In this document: positions 1 through 12,996 of the stretch, one piece after another
Layout of the letters: each line of letters opens with the position of its first letter
How positions within the stretch are numbered: the stretch's first letter is position 1
From: Octopus bimaculoides
Lineage: Eukaryota
DNA length: 64,000 nt
Direction: 5' to 3'
Assembly (NCBI RefSeq): GCF_001194135.2
Contig: NC_068984.1
Coordinates: forward strand, 53,467,886 to 53,531,885
The notes under the pieces: model-generated
Databases searched by the model: none
What the model saw: the letters and a program-made list of their open reading frames with translations, nothing else
What the model was told of the DNA's origin: nothing
Program-made: the position numbers and the translations under genes

Positions 1-87
1 TGGAACAAAATGAAAGTCAAGACACCACTCCACTAAGAAAAAAAATAATTGTGGCCTTGTACCTATATCACAAACCAATGTATAAAC

Positions 88-233
88 CAGGTATAGACAG
101 CCTTTTTCGAGAAGCGGGCAGCATGAGACATAGCTCATCATCAGGTGAGCCGCACACTAAAAGAAAAATGATGTAATTTTTCGTTAAGCATTCCATTCAG
201 AAAGTTCCACGTGCTGTAGCTTGCCCACAACTA
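88..233 (+). mobile_element. hAT-type MITE (146 bp), copy 1, inserted in a SINE-related host repeat
   Basis: Starts CAGGTATAGACAGCC and ends AGCTTGCCCACAACTA (imperfect TIR). Flanked by 8-bp GTATAAAC (80-87) and ATATAAAC (234-241). Homologous to 1734-1870. Confidence 0.75.
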
Positions 234-354
234 ATATAAACTGTGTTTGGATATTATACACAGAACCATTATGTGATCGCTCAACTGGCGAGAAATAGCA
301 GCTAGTATCTATATTATAGTTTAAATCATAAAGAAAAGAAAAATGGATCAAAGG

Positions 355-592
355 TCCTTCCCGAGCCATAGGCTCATAAGGCTGGTTTCCCAGATTCTGT
401 GGCATATATATTCCGCTCCTGAACGGGACACCGGTCCGTCGCAGAATTAATTACTTTTGCCAGCTGAGTGAACTGAAGCAATGTGAAATGAAGAGTTTTA
501 CTTCAGAGCACCACCTCTTGCCTGGTCCATGAATCAAATCCACAATCTTATGGTCATTAGCTCAGCAGCCTAACCACTAAGCCACGCGCCTT
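355..592 (-). mobile_element. tRNA-headed SINE with core module M2 and a distinct 3' tail
   Basis: Minus strand starts AGGCGCGTGGCTTAGTGGTTAGG (A box). It carries the block CAGTTCACTCAGCTGGCAAAA, shared with 39380-39680. Confidence 0.7.
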
Positions 593-639
593 AACAATAG
601 GCTAAGTAGTATCGCTCTAATAGTCTAAATATCCCCACT

Positions 640-860
640 AAAAAAGTAATTGTGATCTTGTATCTGTATTTCAAATTAATATATAAACTGTGTTAGGGTA
701 TCACACTCAGAAACTTTACTTGATCGCTCGACTTACTAGAAATACTAAATGTCTCTCAAACCACATGCTACAGTTGCAAAAAAAAAAAGTGAATGAAAAG
801 CATTGAAGGGACATTGGATGATATAGTGATAGATACGCCATCGAAAGGTTACCTTTGATA
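640..860 (+). mobile_element. SINE-related repeat module E; empty site of the hAT MITE
   Basis: Colinear with both flanks of the MITE copies but has a single ATATAAAC (681-688). It continues into GATCGCTCGACTTACTAGAAATA, a motif with decayed copies near 24200, 26680, 26960, 27770, 29540, 31550, 40575, 54830, 57100 and 59510. Confidence 0.65.
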
Positions 861-1104
861 ATCTACTCCGATATCCATAGTCTGGATGATGAAGATTTGA
901 AAACGTTGAGAAATCTTTCTAAAACAAATGTTAAAAAATCATAAAAGAAGGTTTCTGTAACATTTGAAATGTTTAAAATTGTTTCAGAGAATAAAATGTC
1001 ATTCCAACATGCACACAGCAAACGGAGTAATTCAAAAGTCACTTTAGCATTTAACTGATATATAAAATAAAAAAAAGAAAGCTACAGGAGACTTTTGAAT
1101 CATA

Positions 1105-1430
1105 CTGTGTATTTCCATCCAATATTCTTGGGAAGGTCATAGAGGTGGGGTAGAGTCCTCAGGTACCTCCCCCATTGGGTTCTATCAAAAGCAACCGTCA
1201 TTACACTTTCTGGCTGGATTCCCCCAGCGTGACCAATTGAAGCTATGGATATTATACAACCGTTTCATTCTTGGTCTGCCCTCTACGTCTTCTGCCTGTT
1301 GGCTCGGCTTAAAGAATCCGTTTTGCTATTCTTTCCTGCGACATCCTACTCACATGTCCATAGTACAGAAGCTGTGACCTCTCAATGCGAAGCCACAGTT
1401 CCTTCGGAGGAACTCCATTTCGACCGCTGG
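1105..1430 (-). mobile_element. RTE-clade LINE, 3' end fragment
   Basis: Minus-strand translation LRIERSQLLYYGHVSRMSQERIAKRIL*AEPTGRRRRGRPRMK matches the post-RT C-terminus of RTE ORFs. It contains a stop and further decay. Confidence 0.75.
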
Positions 1431-1733
1431 TATTACTAGTGCACTCTATATATTTAAATAATTATATTTTAGAACCGAATCCTCTCATTCCAGTTGAAAA
1501 CGTTAGAAACTGAAGGAATACAATATCAAGACGTTCACTACTCAAATTGCTATTTCTTTTCGTTTATCGACTAGTAAGCTCGCTTGCTATGCTGCGTTGA
1601 GAAAACATTATTAGAATTGATATCTTTCTTGCAAGATGCAGCATGTACACGACTAATGATAAACTAATCAACGAATTTTATTAATCCTTATTAATTGTGA
1701 TCTTGTACCTGTGTCACAAACCAATATATAAAC

Positions 1734-1870
1734 AAGGTATGGGTAACCTTTTTCGAGAAGCAGGCCGCATTTGACATAGCTCATCATCAGGCGGACCACA
1801 CTACAAAAACTTTGAGGTAAATTTTCGTTAAGCGTTCCATTCAGAAAGTTCCGCATTTGGCCCATGACGG
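1734..1870 (+). mobile_element. hAT-type MITE (137 bp), copy 2
   Basis: Exact 8-bp TSD ATATAAAC at 1726-1733 and 1871-1878. Left end AAGGTATGGGTAACC; interior homologous to 88-233. Confidence 0.8.
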
Positions 1871-2328
1871 ATATAAACTGTGTTTAGATATTATACACGG
1901 AACCATTATGTAATCGTTCGACTGGCTAGAAATAGCAGCTAATAATACGGACATTTATTTAACTTCAATTCCTCAGTTATTTCGAAAACATGCAAACTTA
2001 AATAAAAAAATATATACGTCAATCGATGATATAAAAGATGCAAGGGCGTATTAGATGCCCCACCCACCAAATTTCAGCATCCAATACTTAGGAAAGACAT
2101 ATTTTTAGTGCAATATTAAAGCATGTAATATTTAAAGCAACTTCGCAAATAGGACTTGGAGAGAATTTTTTCAGATATTATTTTGTGGAAAATAAGTGGT
2201 GTCAAATACAGTGATCATGCAACCAACCCCGACTCCCTAATTTTACTTGTCTGGTGATAAAATTTGAAAAACCATTATCATTAATATCCTTTTAATAGAA
2301 TTTATTGAGATATTATAATTAGGTCTGC

Positions 2329-2550
2329 AACGTGGTGAGCTCACTGAATCGCTACCAAGCCGGACCAAATGCTCAGCGGCATATCGTCCGTTTTTACGCT
2401 CTGAACTCAAGCTCCGCTGAAGTGGACTTTGTCTTTCATTCTTTCCAGTCGATAAAATAAGTACCAGTCATGTACTGAGAGCAATATACTCGACTATACT
2501 CCCCCACCTCCCGAAATTTCAGGCCTTGTGCCTCTAATAGAAAGAATTAT
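2329..2550 (+). mobile_element. SINE-B (about 215 bp, tRNA-headed)
   Basis: GGTGAGCTCACTGAATCG head, GTCGATAAAATAAGTACCAG body, AAATTTCAGGCCTTGTGCC tail. Confidence 0.85.
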
Positions 2551-2680
2551 TATCAGATTTATAAGGGTGGCGCAGATGGTAATGGGTTAAGCAATAATTA
2601 ATTTCGTTGATTAATTAATGAGTTCAAATCCTGCCAGTCAGCTTCCGAATTTCCTTTTATCCCACTGTTGATCATCAGGA

Positions 2681-3067
2681 GTGGAGGCTCAATGGCCCAG
2701 TGGTTAGGGCAGCGGACTCGCGGTCATAGGATTGCGGTTTCGATTCCCAGACCGGGCGTTGTGAGTGTTTATTGAGCGAAAACACCTAAAGCGCCACGAG
2801 GCTCCGGCAGGGGATGGTGGCGAACCCTGCTGTACTCTTTCACCACAACTTTCTCTCACTCTTTCTTCCTGTTTCTGTTGTGCCTGTAATCCAAAGAGTC
2901 AGCCTTGTCACACTGTGTCACGCTGAGCATCCCTGAGAACTACGTTAAGGGTACACGTGTCTGTGGAGTGCTCGGCCACTTGCACGTTAATTTCACGAGC
3001 AGGCTGTTCCGTTGATTGGATCAACTGGAACTCTCGACGTCGTAAGCGACGGAGTGCCAATAACAAC
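2681..3067 (+). mobile_element. SINE-A (about 385 bp, young, tRNA-headed)
   Basis: A box TGGCCCAGTGG, B box GTTTCGATTCC, (CAA) tail. 11-bp TSD GATCATCAGGA at 2670-2680 and 3068-3078. Near-identical to 8265-8647 and 29915-30303. Confidence 0.92.
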
Positions 3068-3226
3068 GATCATCAGGAAATATGTACTATATTCAACTCA
3101 ATAGACTGAATATAGAAATTTATACAGGGTCAGGGGTTATCAACCGAAACGGGGTATACCAAAACCCAATTAACGTAGTAGACAGAGACGATAACAACCA
3201 CAGGACTTTTCACTTATTATATAGGA

Positions 3227-3449
3227 TTAGCAGAGATACCCGGCCTTGCCCTGGGTTAAAATGGCATAGCTCTTGTTATTGTTTTACTAATGTGACTGCG
3301 GCCATGCTGGAGCACCGCCGCTGGTCGAACAAATCGACCACAAGATTTATTCTTTGTAAACCTAGTACTTATTCTATCAGTGACTTTTGTCGAACTGCTA
3401 TGTTATGGGAACGTAAACACAGCAACAACGGTTGTCAAGCAATGGTGGG

Positions 3450-3487
<38 letters not shown>

Positions 3488-3752
3488 ACAAACAATGTTA
3501 TTGTTTCACTTTTGACACGTAATACCGAAACAGTGTAAGAGATAAGAGATTGCTCCAGGCTCGCATTAGGCAAGAAGTTGGAAATGTTTAGGGCCCATGA
3601 CACTCCATAGATTCTAAGTACGGCATGTGTAAAATTTGTATGAAATTGGTCAGGTAGTTCACGAGTTTTAGTAATGCACACATACATGTATACAGACAGT
3701 CAGAAAGATAGACAGACAGACAGACAGACATTCTCAGTTTTATATATATAGA
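3227..3752 (-). mobile_element. Non-autonomous Helitron with a nested SINE-C fragment
   Basis: Minus strand begins TCTATATATATAAAACTGAGAATGTCTGTCTG and ends CCCAGGGCAAGGCCGGGTATCTCTGCTAA (hairpin plus CTAG-like end). It lies between host A and T. Confidence 0.75.
3285..3495 (-). mobile_element. SINE-C 3' half (5'-truncated at its internal microsatellite)
   Basis: GACTGCGGCCATGCTGGAGCACCGCC...GGTTGTCAAGC...(CA)n. Candidate TSD TGTTATTGTTT at 3274-3284 and 3496-3506. Confidence 0.8.
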
Positions 3753-6385
3753 TTAACTTTTTTCAGTCCCGAATTACTTATTTATAAGTAAAAAATGATT
3801 TCATTATTGAAAATGGTTCGTGTGAGGAATTGTTAATCGCAGCATAACACATTACATGTATAAACATATTGGTTACAGCAACAATTTTTCAAAATTAGCA
3901 TTTCCGGAATAGTTTATATAAATTTTCACGTGCAAAATGATATTACAACTGAGATCTGAATATTGAACTATAATTCGGTTAAAAGATATCAGGAAGATTT
4001 TCAGAATTTAGTAAAGCACATTTTATAAAGATGTACCCTCAAGATCTAACTTTGGCCACTTTTCCTGATCAAATCCTAACCGTGTTGTTTTAAATCGTAT
4101 GTGTTTTGTAAGTATGTATTACTATTTAGTAGAGAAAATCCGCATTACCGCCGATATTCCACTTGGCGGCCGCAGATAAAACTAAAAATCTGGATCTGGA
4201 TATAAAGTTAAGTAAATTGGTTTTATATATAAAATGATATTGTAACTAATAATGATTGCTATATCAAAAGCTATGTTGAATAATTAAACCTAGATTCAAT
4301 GAAATAAACATAAGAAATATAGAGACTTTATACTGTCTTAGGGATTAATCTATGTAAATTTCATATATGATACTCAGAGGTTGAACGGGTTTTAAAGGGT
4401 TTATCAAGTTTAACATATTTTAGGAAAATGTTTCGTTTCAAAAATTGTCTTTAATACAATTTTATGTATGTAGCCAGTAATAACTGAAAGTCTTGTTTTT
4501 CAACCCCAAACCGATTATTCTTAATAGTTTGGGGTTCATCTGCTGTTGAAACAAACCGTATTACATGATTATAAGTATATTCGAACGCTTCTTGTAAAAT
4601 TGTTTCTATTGAAATAGTTCCGACTTCATTATTTCTGTCAATATCAGCAGGAGCAATTAACGAAAACCCGCCCTGGATTTGTTTGTATAACGCAAATTAA
4701 CTAATGAATTTTTGTTTTCCCAGCGGGTATCTATTATAATCATAAGCGTTATTTTCAATCAATTTATTTACAGCTTTTGACTTTTCTTTAAAACAAACTT
4801 ACACTTGTGCATATCTTTTTTTTATCATGTGCAAAGTATCGAGGAAATTGAAATTTAAATTGAAATTGAAAATTACAGTATGTTACATATAAAGAAATAT
4901 ATTTTAACAGGACGATTTAGTATTTAGAAAACAAAACTCGCCAGTGTTTTGAGGAACATCGACATTCTAAATGTTACCGTGCTGCTATTCCGATTCCTAA
5001 ATTCAAATAGCGTTAAAGAATTGTGGAATAATATTGCAAGAACACGTATGCAAACAAATTATAAATGCATAATAATTATCATTGGGTGTTTGCATTTCCT
5101 TTGCTGACAAGGAATGGTCATGCTAGGAAATTTTGAAGAGTAATCTAATTTGTGTAATCTTGTACGAGTGAGATGAGAAAGATGACTTCGATCTTGTGAG
5201 GAGGCTTAACAAAGGCTGAGCAACGATATACAAAATGAGTTCAGTTCTATTATGATTGACTATATTATGAGAGATTCCCATGAGGAAGTAGGTACAGAAT
5301 CATTTACTATTATTATTGGCAAATATATCGTTGCACCCAACAAAAAACAACTAAATTTATGTTCGTTGGGTCGATGGAGGCTTGGTGGCCCATGAAGAAA
5401 TTTTGGGTTTATATCATATTGTTGGCCAAGCATAACATCTTCAACGGTGTTTTCACTTATCACAGCACACTTACAAGGCTGACAAATTATATCAATCTCT
5501 GACGATTGTACAACTGTGGAGAAGTATTCTTTGATGTAAAAGACAACATATTCGGGGAAGAAAAGAAACCCAGAGTGGCCCAGTATATGGAAGAACTCCA
5601 GCATAAAGCTTTAGTAATATACTGCCCAAAATATTCCTTAAGTTTGAGAGTGAAGGATGCAACGCAAGATACTGTCTGATGTGATGAGTAACAGTTAGGA
5701 GATCTAGAGAGAATTTACTTGGTCTTTAAGGAAGTTGACGTCCTGTAGTATCTTATCGTTGAATACACTTACGCAGAGAGTACATGTTGCTTGTTTTCAA
5801 CGAATTCTCGATACTTTTTCAGTTCTATTCGGGTATTGACAAGAATATATACAGTCACTGTTGGATACTGTTCATTGGGCGTGTCATTAGATGCCAGGTT
5901 GAAATAGAAACGATCAAATTCTCTTGGACTAAATTTCGTACAGCTCTTGTATTCGGATAGAGACAATGTATGTTACAGCAAAAAGTGGGCTGAAGACTGA
6001 TGAAATTACTGGACAAGTTTCACTTGACATTCTCAATGATAATATTTTGTGGAAGGCAAGAATACATAATTTTTTCTCAGAACCTGAGAAGGTCTCCTAG
6101 CATAATTGAGAAGATTCCCACCACCACTAGTAAAATCGAAATGGGAACTGTGGAAGGCACATTTTGTTGGCTGCATGTGCCATTACAAAATTGTGTATTT
6201 TGAGGCTGGCAAATAGAATGACCTCACTTATCGACTTTGGTTTTAATCAGATCAGTTATAAAGGAAAGATACGCTGATGATATTGACATCGTTTCTAGAA
6301 AAACTTAACTTCCAGCGTTTGAAGTTTCTATGAATGAAACGAACGTTTGTTGTTTGCATGATGTGTAGACCGTCTGAAATATGTC

Positions 6386-6442
<57 letters not shown>

Positions 6443-6470
6443 AGAGAGAGAGAGAGAGAGTGTGTATGTG
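6386..6470. repeat. (TG)n(AG)n compound microsatellite
   Basis: Directly visible. Confidence 0.95.
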
Positions 6471-7422
6471 CATATATAAATTAATACATTAAAATCAGCC
6501 AATGGCAAGAAACATCTAATATTAGAGATTCATACAATTTACCAGTTTTTACCGATAAACCCTGTAACATTTGCTGCCCCTGAACGGACATTTTCTCTAG
6601 AAAAACGATTAAAGACTTGTCATCAATCAAAAATAGAACAAAAGAGATTAAATTATCTGTCTTATACTTCCGTATCACAAGAAACAGACAGACACAATAA
6701 ATTTAATTGTACTCATGAAATTTGCTTCCTGAAATGAAAATAGACAAAGACATTTCTGCAGATTTTGACTGGTTCGATAGCAGCAAGTTGATTGAAATAA
6801 TAAAGTTTTATAATAACAGTTGCTTTACTCTATTGAATGAAATGTCATCCCTATGATTTATTATTTTACTATACGTATGTAACATATTTTAATTAACGCT
6901 TTCAAACCTCCCAGGTACGAAATAAATACCCGATACATTCGCCGAGGAATCACTTATTTGTTGGTTTCTATGGTTACGGTAGTGTAAAATAAGTATTTCG
7001 TATTTGGAATGCAAGATTCTCGATGTGAACTCGTGTATTGAAGCGGATTTTGTTGTATTTTGGGAGGGTCGTTGCACAAATAATAAATGCACACACTGGT
7101 TCAATTTCACTTCTTTATTATTAGTCAATTAGTTAATTATTTAACCAGCTAAAGTCCTTTCGTCGCCATTCACGATCTTATCAGTATGTCTTCTTTCTTC
7201 CAGGTCAGATCTCAAGTAAATACACAAACGCACACACACGCACACACACACACACACTAATGCACACAAACGCATGGATGCACGCACGCACTCTCTCTCT
7301 CTCACACACACTTCCACACAATGGCCTACGATAACTTTGCAGTCAGGGTTAATTCAATTTGTAATAAGCGTTAACTAAATTTGTAATAACTTCGAAAAAT
7401 TACTGAAAATGGATGAAAGTTT

Positions 7423-7730
7423 CAGTGTTTTGTAGGACTTCCTTCAGTTAATATCACGGCTTTCATCTGATTAAGTATAGATTTGATTAAATTATCAATG
7501 ACAGACTGATCTGTGTTCATCCACTCTTCAGCCAATGCTTTTTAATTGATCTAGTTTTCGGCGATTTTACATGTAAGTTTCTGTCCAAAATATTACCATA
7601 CGTATTTTATTGGATTAAGATCGGAGCTTTGAGCAACCCAAAGAATCAAGAGGTTTGATTCTGTGAGTTCTTTTTCTAAGCTTGCAATACCTTGCTTATA
7701 TGTAGCTTCAAAAGTTCTTGAAAAATATTG
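7423..7730 (-). pseudogene. Tc1-family transposase, decayed C-terminal DDE fragment
   Basis: Minus-strand reads LWVAQSSDLNPIKYVW* (compare WPxQSPDLNPIENLW) and KALAEEWMNTDQSVIDNLIKSILNQMKAVILTEGSPTKH*. It has stops and frameshifts. Confidence 0.8.
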
Positions 7731-7774
7731 TTCTTTTTATCAATTCCTACATTGAGATGGTTGGTTAACAGAGT

Positions 7775-8228
7775 CTTTTCAAATATTGGTTTCAAATTTT
7801 GGCATGAGGCCTGCAATTTCGTGGGAGGGAGAAAATCGATTACATCGACAACAGTGCTAAACTGGTACTTATTTTATCGACCCCAGAGAGATGAAAGGCA
7901 AAGTCAACCTCGGCGGAATGTGAACTCAGAACGTAAAGACGGACGAAATGCGGCTAAGCATTTCGTCCGGCGTGCTAATGATTCTGCTAGATCGTCGCCT
8001 TACTCTTTAAATATTGATTTCAATTTTGGGCACAGAGTCAGCAATTTTAGAGGAGGGGTAAATCGGTTACATCGACTCCAGTATCCAACTGGTACCTATT
8101 TTATCGACCCGAAAGGATGAAAAGCAAAGTCGACCTCGTCGGAATTTGAACTCAGAACGTAGAGACCGACGAAATGCCGCTAAGTATTTTGCCTGGCATG
8201 CTAACGATTCTGCCAACTCTCCGCCTTA
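7775..8228 (-). mobile_element. Two tandem SINE-B copies (7775-8002, 8003-8228)
   Basis: Both show GGTACTTATTTTATCGACCCC...GAACTCAGAACGTA...GATTCTGC...CGCCTTA. Confidence 0.9.
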
Positions 8229-8264
8229 AAATCTTCAAATATTAGACAGTATTTTGTGCCATTT

Positions 8265-8647
8265 GTGGAGGCGCAATGGCCCAGTGGTTAGGGCAGCGGA
8301 CTCGTGGTCATAGGATCACAGTTTCGATTCCCAGACCGGGCGCTGTGAATGTTTATTGAGCGAAAACACCTAAAGCTCCACGAGGCTCCGGCAGGGGATG
8401 GTGGCGAACCCTGCTGTACTCTTTCACCACACTCTTACTTCCTGTTTGTGTTGTGCCTGTAATTCAAAGGGTCAGCCTTGTCACACTGTGTCACGCTGAA
8501 TATCCCCGAGAACTACGTTAAGGGTACACGTGTCTGTGGAGTGCTCAGCCACTTGCACGTTAATTTCACGAGCAAGATGTTCCGTTGAACGTATCAACTA
8601 GAACCCTTGATGTCGTAAGCGACGGAGTAAAGAGAGTGCCAACAACA
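8265..8647 (+). mobile_element. SINE-A, young copy
   Basis: 12-bp TSD TTTGTGCCATTT at 8253-8264 and 8648-8659. It has a small internal deletion relative to the other two copies. Confidence 0.92.
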
Positions 8648-8924
8648 TTTGTGCCATTTAAATGATTTTTAATCAAAATAAAATCTAATTTGCCTGTCAC
8701 ACAAATTGACCCCCTATACCATAACAACAAATCATTTATATTTAACTATGTTTTGAAAACAATCAAGCTGAACGTAACTAGTCTTCTTTTGTTATAGAAC
8801 TCTTTTTCCCAGTTGAACCCTTTCGTTTTATTAGCGTTTGAAACCATTGGTTTCTTTCCCATTGTTCGTATTTAAGGTCTTTCAATATTATACTTACGCA
8901 ATATCTGTACCTTTTATCTTAATC

Positions 8925-9252
8925 TTTTACTTGTTTCAGCCGTTGAAAGGTTTCAGTCAGAGTCTGGTACTCATTCTATCATTTTTTTTTGCCGAACCGC
9001 TAAATTACGAGGGACGTAAGCAGAACAGCACCAACTGTCAAATGGTGGTTGGGGACAAACACAGTAAACACACACACACACACACACACACGATGGGTTT
9101 CTTTCAGTTGCCTTTTACCATATCTACTCATAAGGCTATGTTCTGTCCAGGCTTCTACAAAAAGACACTTCCTCGAAGTTCGAGGCAGTGGGACTGAACC
9201 CAGAACTACGTGATTGCGAAGCAAAGCTCTTACCATACTGCCAGGCCCGCAC
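8925..9252 (-). mobile_element. SINE-C, complete architecture (tRNA head, CORE-like block, microsatellite, tail)
   Basis: Head at 9095-9252, (CA)n at about 9065-9090 and tail at 8925-9065 are contiguous. This copy shows that the two halves belong to one element. Confidence 0.8.
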
Positions 9253-9316
9253 CAATATATAATGAAAAGTTAATTTATTTGCGAATATTTAGTCACGTAC
9301 TCGCGTGCGTGCATTA

Positions 9317-9400
<84 letters not shown>

Positions 9401-9860
9401 ACACATACACGCACTTATTCATTATTAATACTTCATATACTCACGTGTCTTAAAATTAACTCAGTCATTAAAATTAACTCAGCGCAAACACATACAATGT
9501 AACATATACGTGCACTCATCCATGTGTAACGCCAGTTAACGAATGCAGATTAGATTCTACCTATATTCTGGCTATATTTTATGTATCATGTAACTGAACT
9601 GACGGTATACATGATTAATAGCCTTACCCGTTAGCATATACATACAAACTTAAAAGGCAGCGGATATTATACCTGCGTCACATGAAAATAGAAGGAATTC
9701 GTTTAATTTCACACTTAACCATATACATCAAGTTAAACATCTTTTATACATGATAATATTTAGAGTTTTAATCTGTGTAGGAAGTGCATACCTTATCTGC
9801 CCAGGCCGCACATCTTATTTCTTTCTCTCTCTCAGTATATATATATATATATATATATAT

Positions 9861-10850
9861 NNNNNNNNNNNNNNNNNNNNNNNNNNNNNNNNNNNNNNNN
9901 NNNNNNNNNNNNNNNNNNNNNNNNNNNNNNNNNNNNNNNNNNNNNNNNNNNNNNNNNNNNNNNNNNNNNNNNNNNNNNNNNNNNNNNNNNNNNNNNNNNN
10001 NNNNNNNNNNNNNNNNNNNNNNNNNNNNNNNNNNNNNNNNNNNNNNNNNNNNNNNNNNNNNNNNNNNNNNNNNNNNNNNNNNNNNNNNNNNNNNNNNNNN
10101 NNNNNNNNNNNNNNNNNNNNNNNNNNNNNNNNNNNNNNNNNNNNNNNNNNNNNNNNNNNNNNNNNNNNNNNNNNNNNNNNNNNNNNNNNNNNNNNNNNNN
10201 NNNNNNNNNNNNNNNNNNNNNNNNNNNNNNNNNNNNNNNNNNNNNNNNNNNNNNNNNNNNNNNNNNNNNNNNNNNNNNNNNNNNNNNNNNNNNNNNNNNN
10301 NNNNNNNNNNNNNNNNNNNNNNNNNNNNNNNNNNNNNNNNNNNNNNNNNNNNNNNNNNNNNNNNNNNNNNNNNNNNNNNNNNNNNNNNNNNNNNNNNNNN
10401 NNNNNNNNNNNNNNNNNNNNNNNNNNNNNNNNNNNNNNNNNNNNNNNNNNNNNNNNNNNNNNNNNNNNNNNNNNNNNNNNNNNNNNNNNNNNNNNNNNNN
10501 NNNNNNNNNNNNNNNNNNNNNNNNNNNNNNNNNNNNNNNNNNNNNNNNNNNNNNNNNNNNNNNNNNNNNNNNNNNNNNNNNNNNNNNNNNNNNNNNNNNN
10601 NNNNNNNNNNNNNNNNNNNNNNNNNNNNNNNNNNNNNNNNNNNNNNNNNNNNNNNNNNNNNNNNNNNNNNNNNNNNNNNNNNNNNNNNNNNNNNNNNNNN
10701 NNNNNNNNNNNNNNNNNNNNNNNNNNNNNNNNNNNNNNNNNNNNNNNNNNNNNNNNNNNNNNNNNNNNNNNNNNNNNNNNNNNNNNNNNNNNNNNNNNNN
10801 NNNNNNNNNNNNNNNNNNNNNNNNNNNNNNNNNNNNNNNNNNNNNNNNNN
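9861..10850. other. Assembly gap. Other N-runs: 11327-12216, 16508-17406, 18008-18081, 34550-34968, 35507-36001, 36515-36524, 37600-37609, 46616-47014, 59967-60740, 63260-63269
   Basis: Runs of n, nearly all bounded by dinucleotide microsatellites. Confidence 0.99.
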
Positions 10851-12636
10851 TGTGTATATATGTGTGTTTGTGTCCGTGTGTGTGTGCCGTTTTTATTGGT
10901 CCCAGAGTTTATTGTGGAATGTGTATATGAGTATGTGTGTGTTTTATCTATGGTAGGATGGTGTGTGTATATGTGTGCACGTTTGTGTAAGTGTGTATGT
11001 GTGTGCGCATGTGTGTGTATGTGTTTGTTCGTGTGTGTGCGTTCGTGAGTGCGTGTGTATGTGTGTTTGTGTTTTTTTTGTGTCGGTGGGGATGTTAGGT
11101 GTGTGTACGTGAGAGTGTGCGTATATCTCTTTGTCTGAGTATGTATGTGTTATTTTAATCGTCCTTGCGGTGTGTGTGTGTGAGAGCAACCGTATGTATG
11201 TGTGAGGGTGTGTACGTATGTGTGCGTATGTGTGTGTATGTATGTGTGCATCTGTGTGTGTGCGTGGGAGTGTTTTGTGTGAGTGTGGGAGTGTGTGTGT
11301 GTCTCTCTGTCTGAGTGGGTGTGTTGNNNNNNNNNNNNNNNNNNNNNNNNNNNNNNNNNNNNNNNNNNNNNNNNNNNNNNNNNNNNNNNNNNNNNNNNNN
11401 NNNNNNNNNNNNNNNNNNNNNNNNNNNNNNNNNNNNNNNNNNNNNNNNNNNNNNNNNNNNNNNNNNNNNNNNNNNNNNNNNNNNNNNNNNNNNNNNNNNN
11501 NNNNNNNNNNNNNNNNNNNNNNNNNNNNNNNNNNNNNNNNNNNNNNNNNNNNNNNNNNNNNNNNNNNNNNNNNNNNNNNNNNNNNNNNNNNNNNNNNNNN
11601 NNNNNNNNNNNNNNNNNNNNNNNNNNNNNNNNNNNNNNNNNNNNNNNNNNNNNNNNNNNNNNNNNNNNNNNNNNNNNNNNNNNNNNNNNNNNNNNNNNNN
11701 NNNNNNNNNNNNNNNNNNNNNNNNNNNNNNNNNNNNNNNNNNNNNNNNNNNNNNNNNNNNNNNNNNNNNNNNNNNNNNNNNNNNNNNNNNNNNNNNNNNN
11801 NNNNNNNNNNNNNNNNNNNNNNNNNNNNNNNNNNNNNNNNNNNNNNNNNNNNNNNNNNNNNNNNNNNNNNNNNNNNNNNNNNNNNNNNNNNNNNNNNNNN
11901 NNNNNNNNNNNNNNNNNNNNNNNNNNNNNNNNNNNNNNNNNNNNNNNNNNNNNNNNNNNNNNNNNNNNNNNNNNNNNNNNNNNNNNNNNNNNNNNNNNNN
12001 NNNNNNNNNNNNNNNNNNNNNNNNNNNNNNNNNNNNNNNNNNNNNNNNNNNNNNNNNNNNNNNNNNNNNNNNNNNNNNNNNNNNNNNNNNNNNNNNNNNN
12101 NNNNNNNNNNNNNNNNNNNNNNNNNNNNNNNNNNNNNNNNNNNNNNNNNNNNNNNNNNNNNNNNNNNNNNNNNNNNNNNNNNNNNNNNNNNNNNNNNNNN
12201 NNNNNNNNNNNNNNNNGTGATTAGTTTTGTTTGTATTGTTAGTGCAGTATGTGTGTGTATATATATGTATATATTAATAACACTAAAACTCTTGAGATGT
12301 TTGTGTGTACCCGAATTATCTCAGAAATAGTATATTTTATCTTAACTATTCTTGCATATTTATTTTCATACTTACCTTCAGCAGTACAGGACAAATTTTT
12401 GTGATATTTGGACCTCTATTTATTAATGAAAACGAGTAAGCGGTTTTTTGTTTGTTATTTCTTGAAAAAAAGAAACATGGCTTTCGTGACGTCAACACGC
12501 ATACACACATACAGAATACACACACATATAATGAATGTCATGGCGTGTCAATCAACACAAACGCACGTCCGCTACCTGTGACATATACACACACATAGTC
12601 TTCGTAAATTTCCGTAAAAATTTTTCTATTTATTTA

Positions 12637-12965
12637 CTTTTGTTTTAAAGTGGAAGAGAGGAGAAAGTGAAAGATGTATGTACGTGTATATGAAATGGAC
12701 GTGTGTGTGTGAAAGGGAGAGAGAAAGAGAGAGAGAGATAGGAAGAGAGAGAGAGAGAGAGATAGGAAGAGAGAGAGAGAGAGAGATAGGAAGAGAGAGA
12801 GAGGAAGAGAGAGAAAGAGAGAGAGAAAAGGAAAGAGAGAGAAAGAGAGAGAGAGAAAAGGAAAGAGAGTGAGAGTGAGTGAAGGGTGTTGTCATGTATA
12901 CGTACATACATCAATACATATGCGTACATCTTTTTGTATGTATGTGTGTACGGGTGTGTGTGTGT

Positions 12966-12996
<31 letters not shown>

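Noticed and set aside
2681-2760. tRNA genes at SINE heads
   Set aside because: A and B boxes are present but there is no complete cloverleaf, and each continues into a SINE body.
5250-6230. GC-normal stretch that looks like decayed coding DNA
   Set aside because: No frame gave a motif I could assign; it needs tBLASTx.
7431-7572. Apparent plus-strand exon (TTTTGTAG...GTAAGT)
   Set aside because: All three plus frames contain stops; the minus strand is a Tc1 transposase relic.
9750-12330. Long ORFs of 300-430 aa (also at 16468, 35359, 46471, 59851)
   Set aside because: They are open only because they run through N gaps and dinucleotide repeats.
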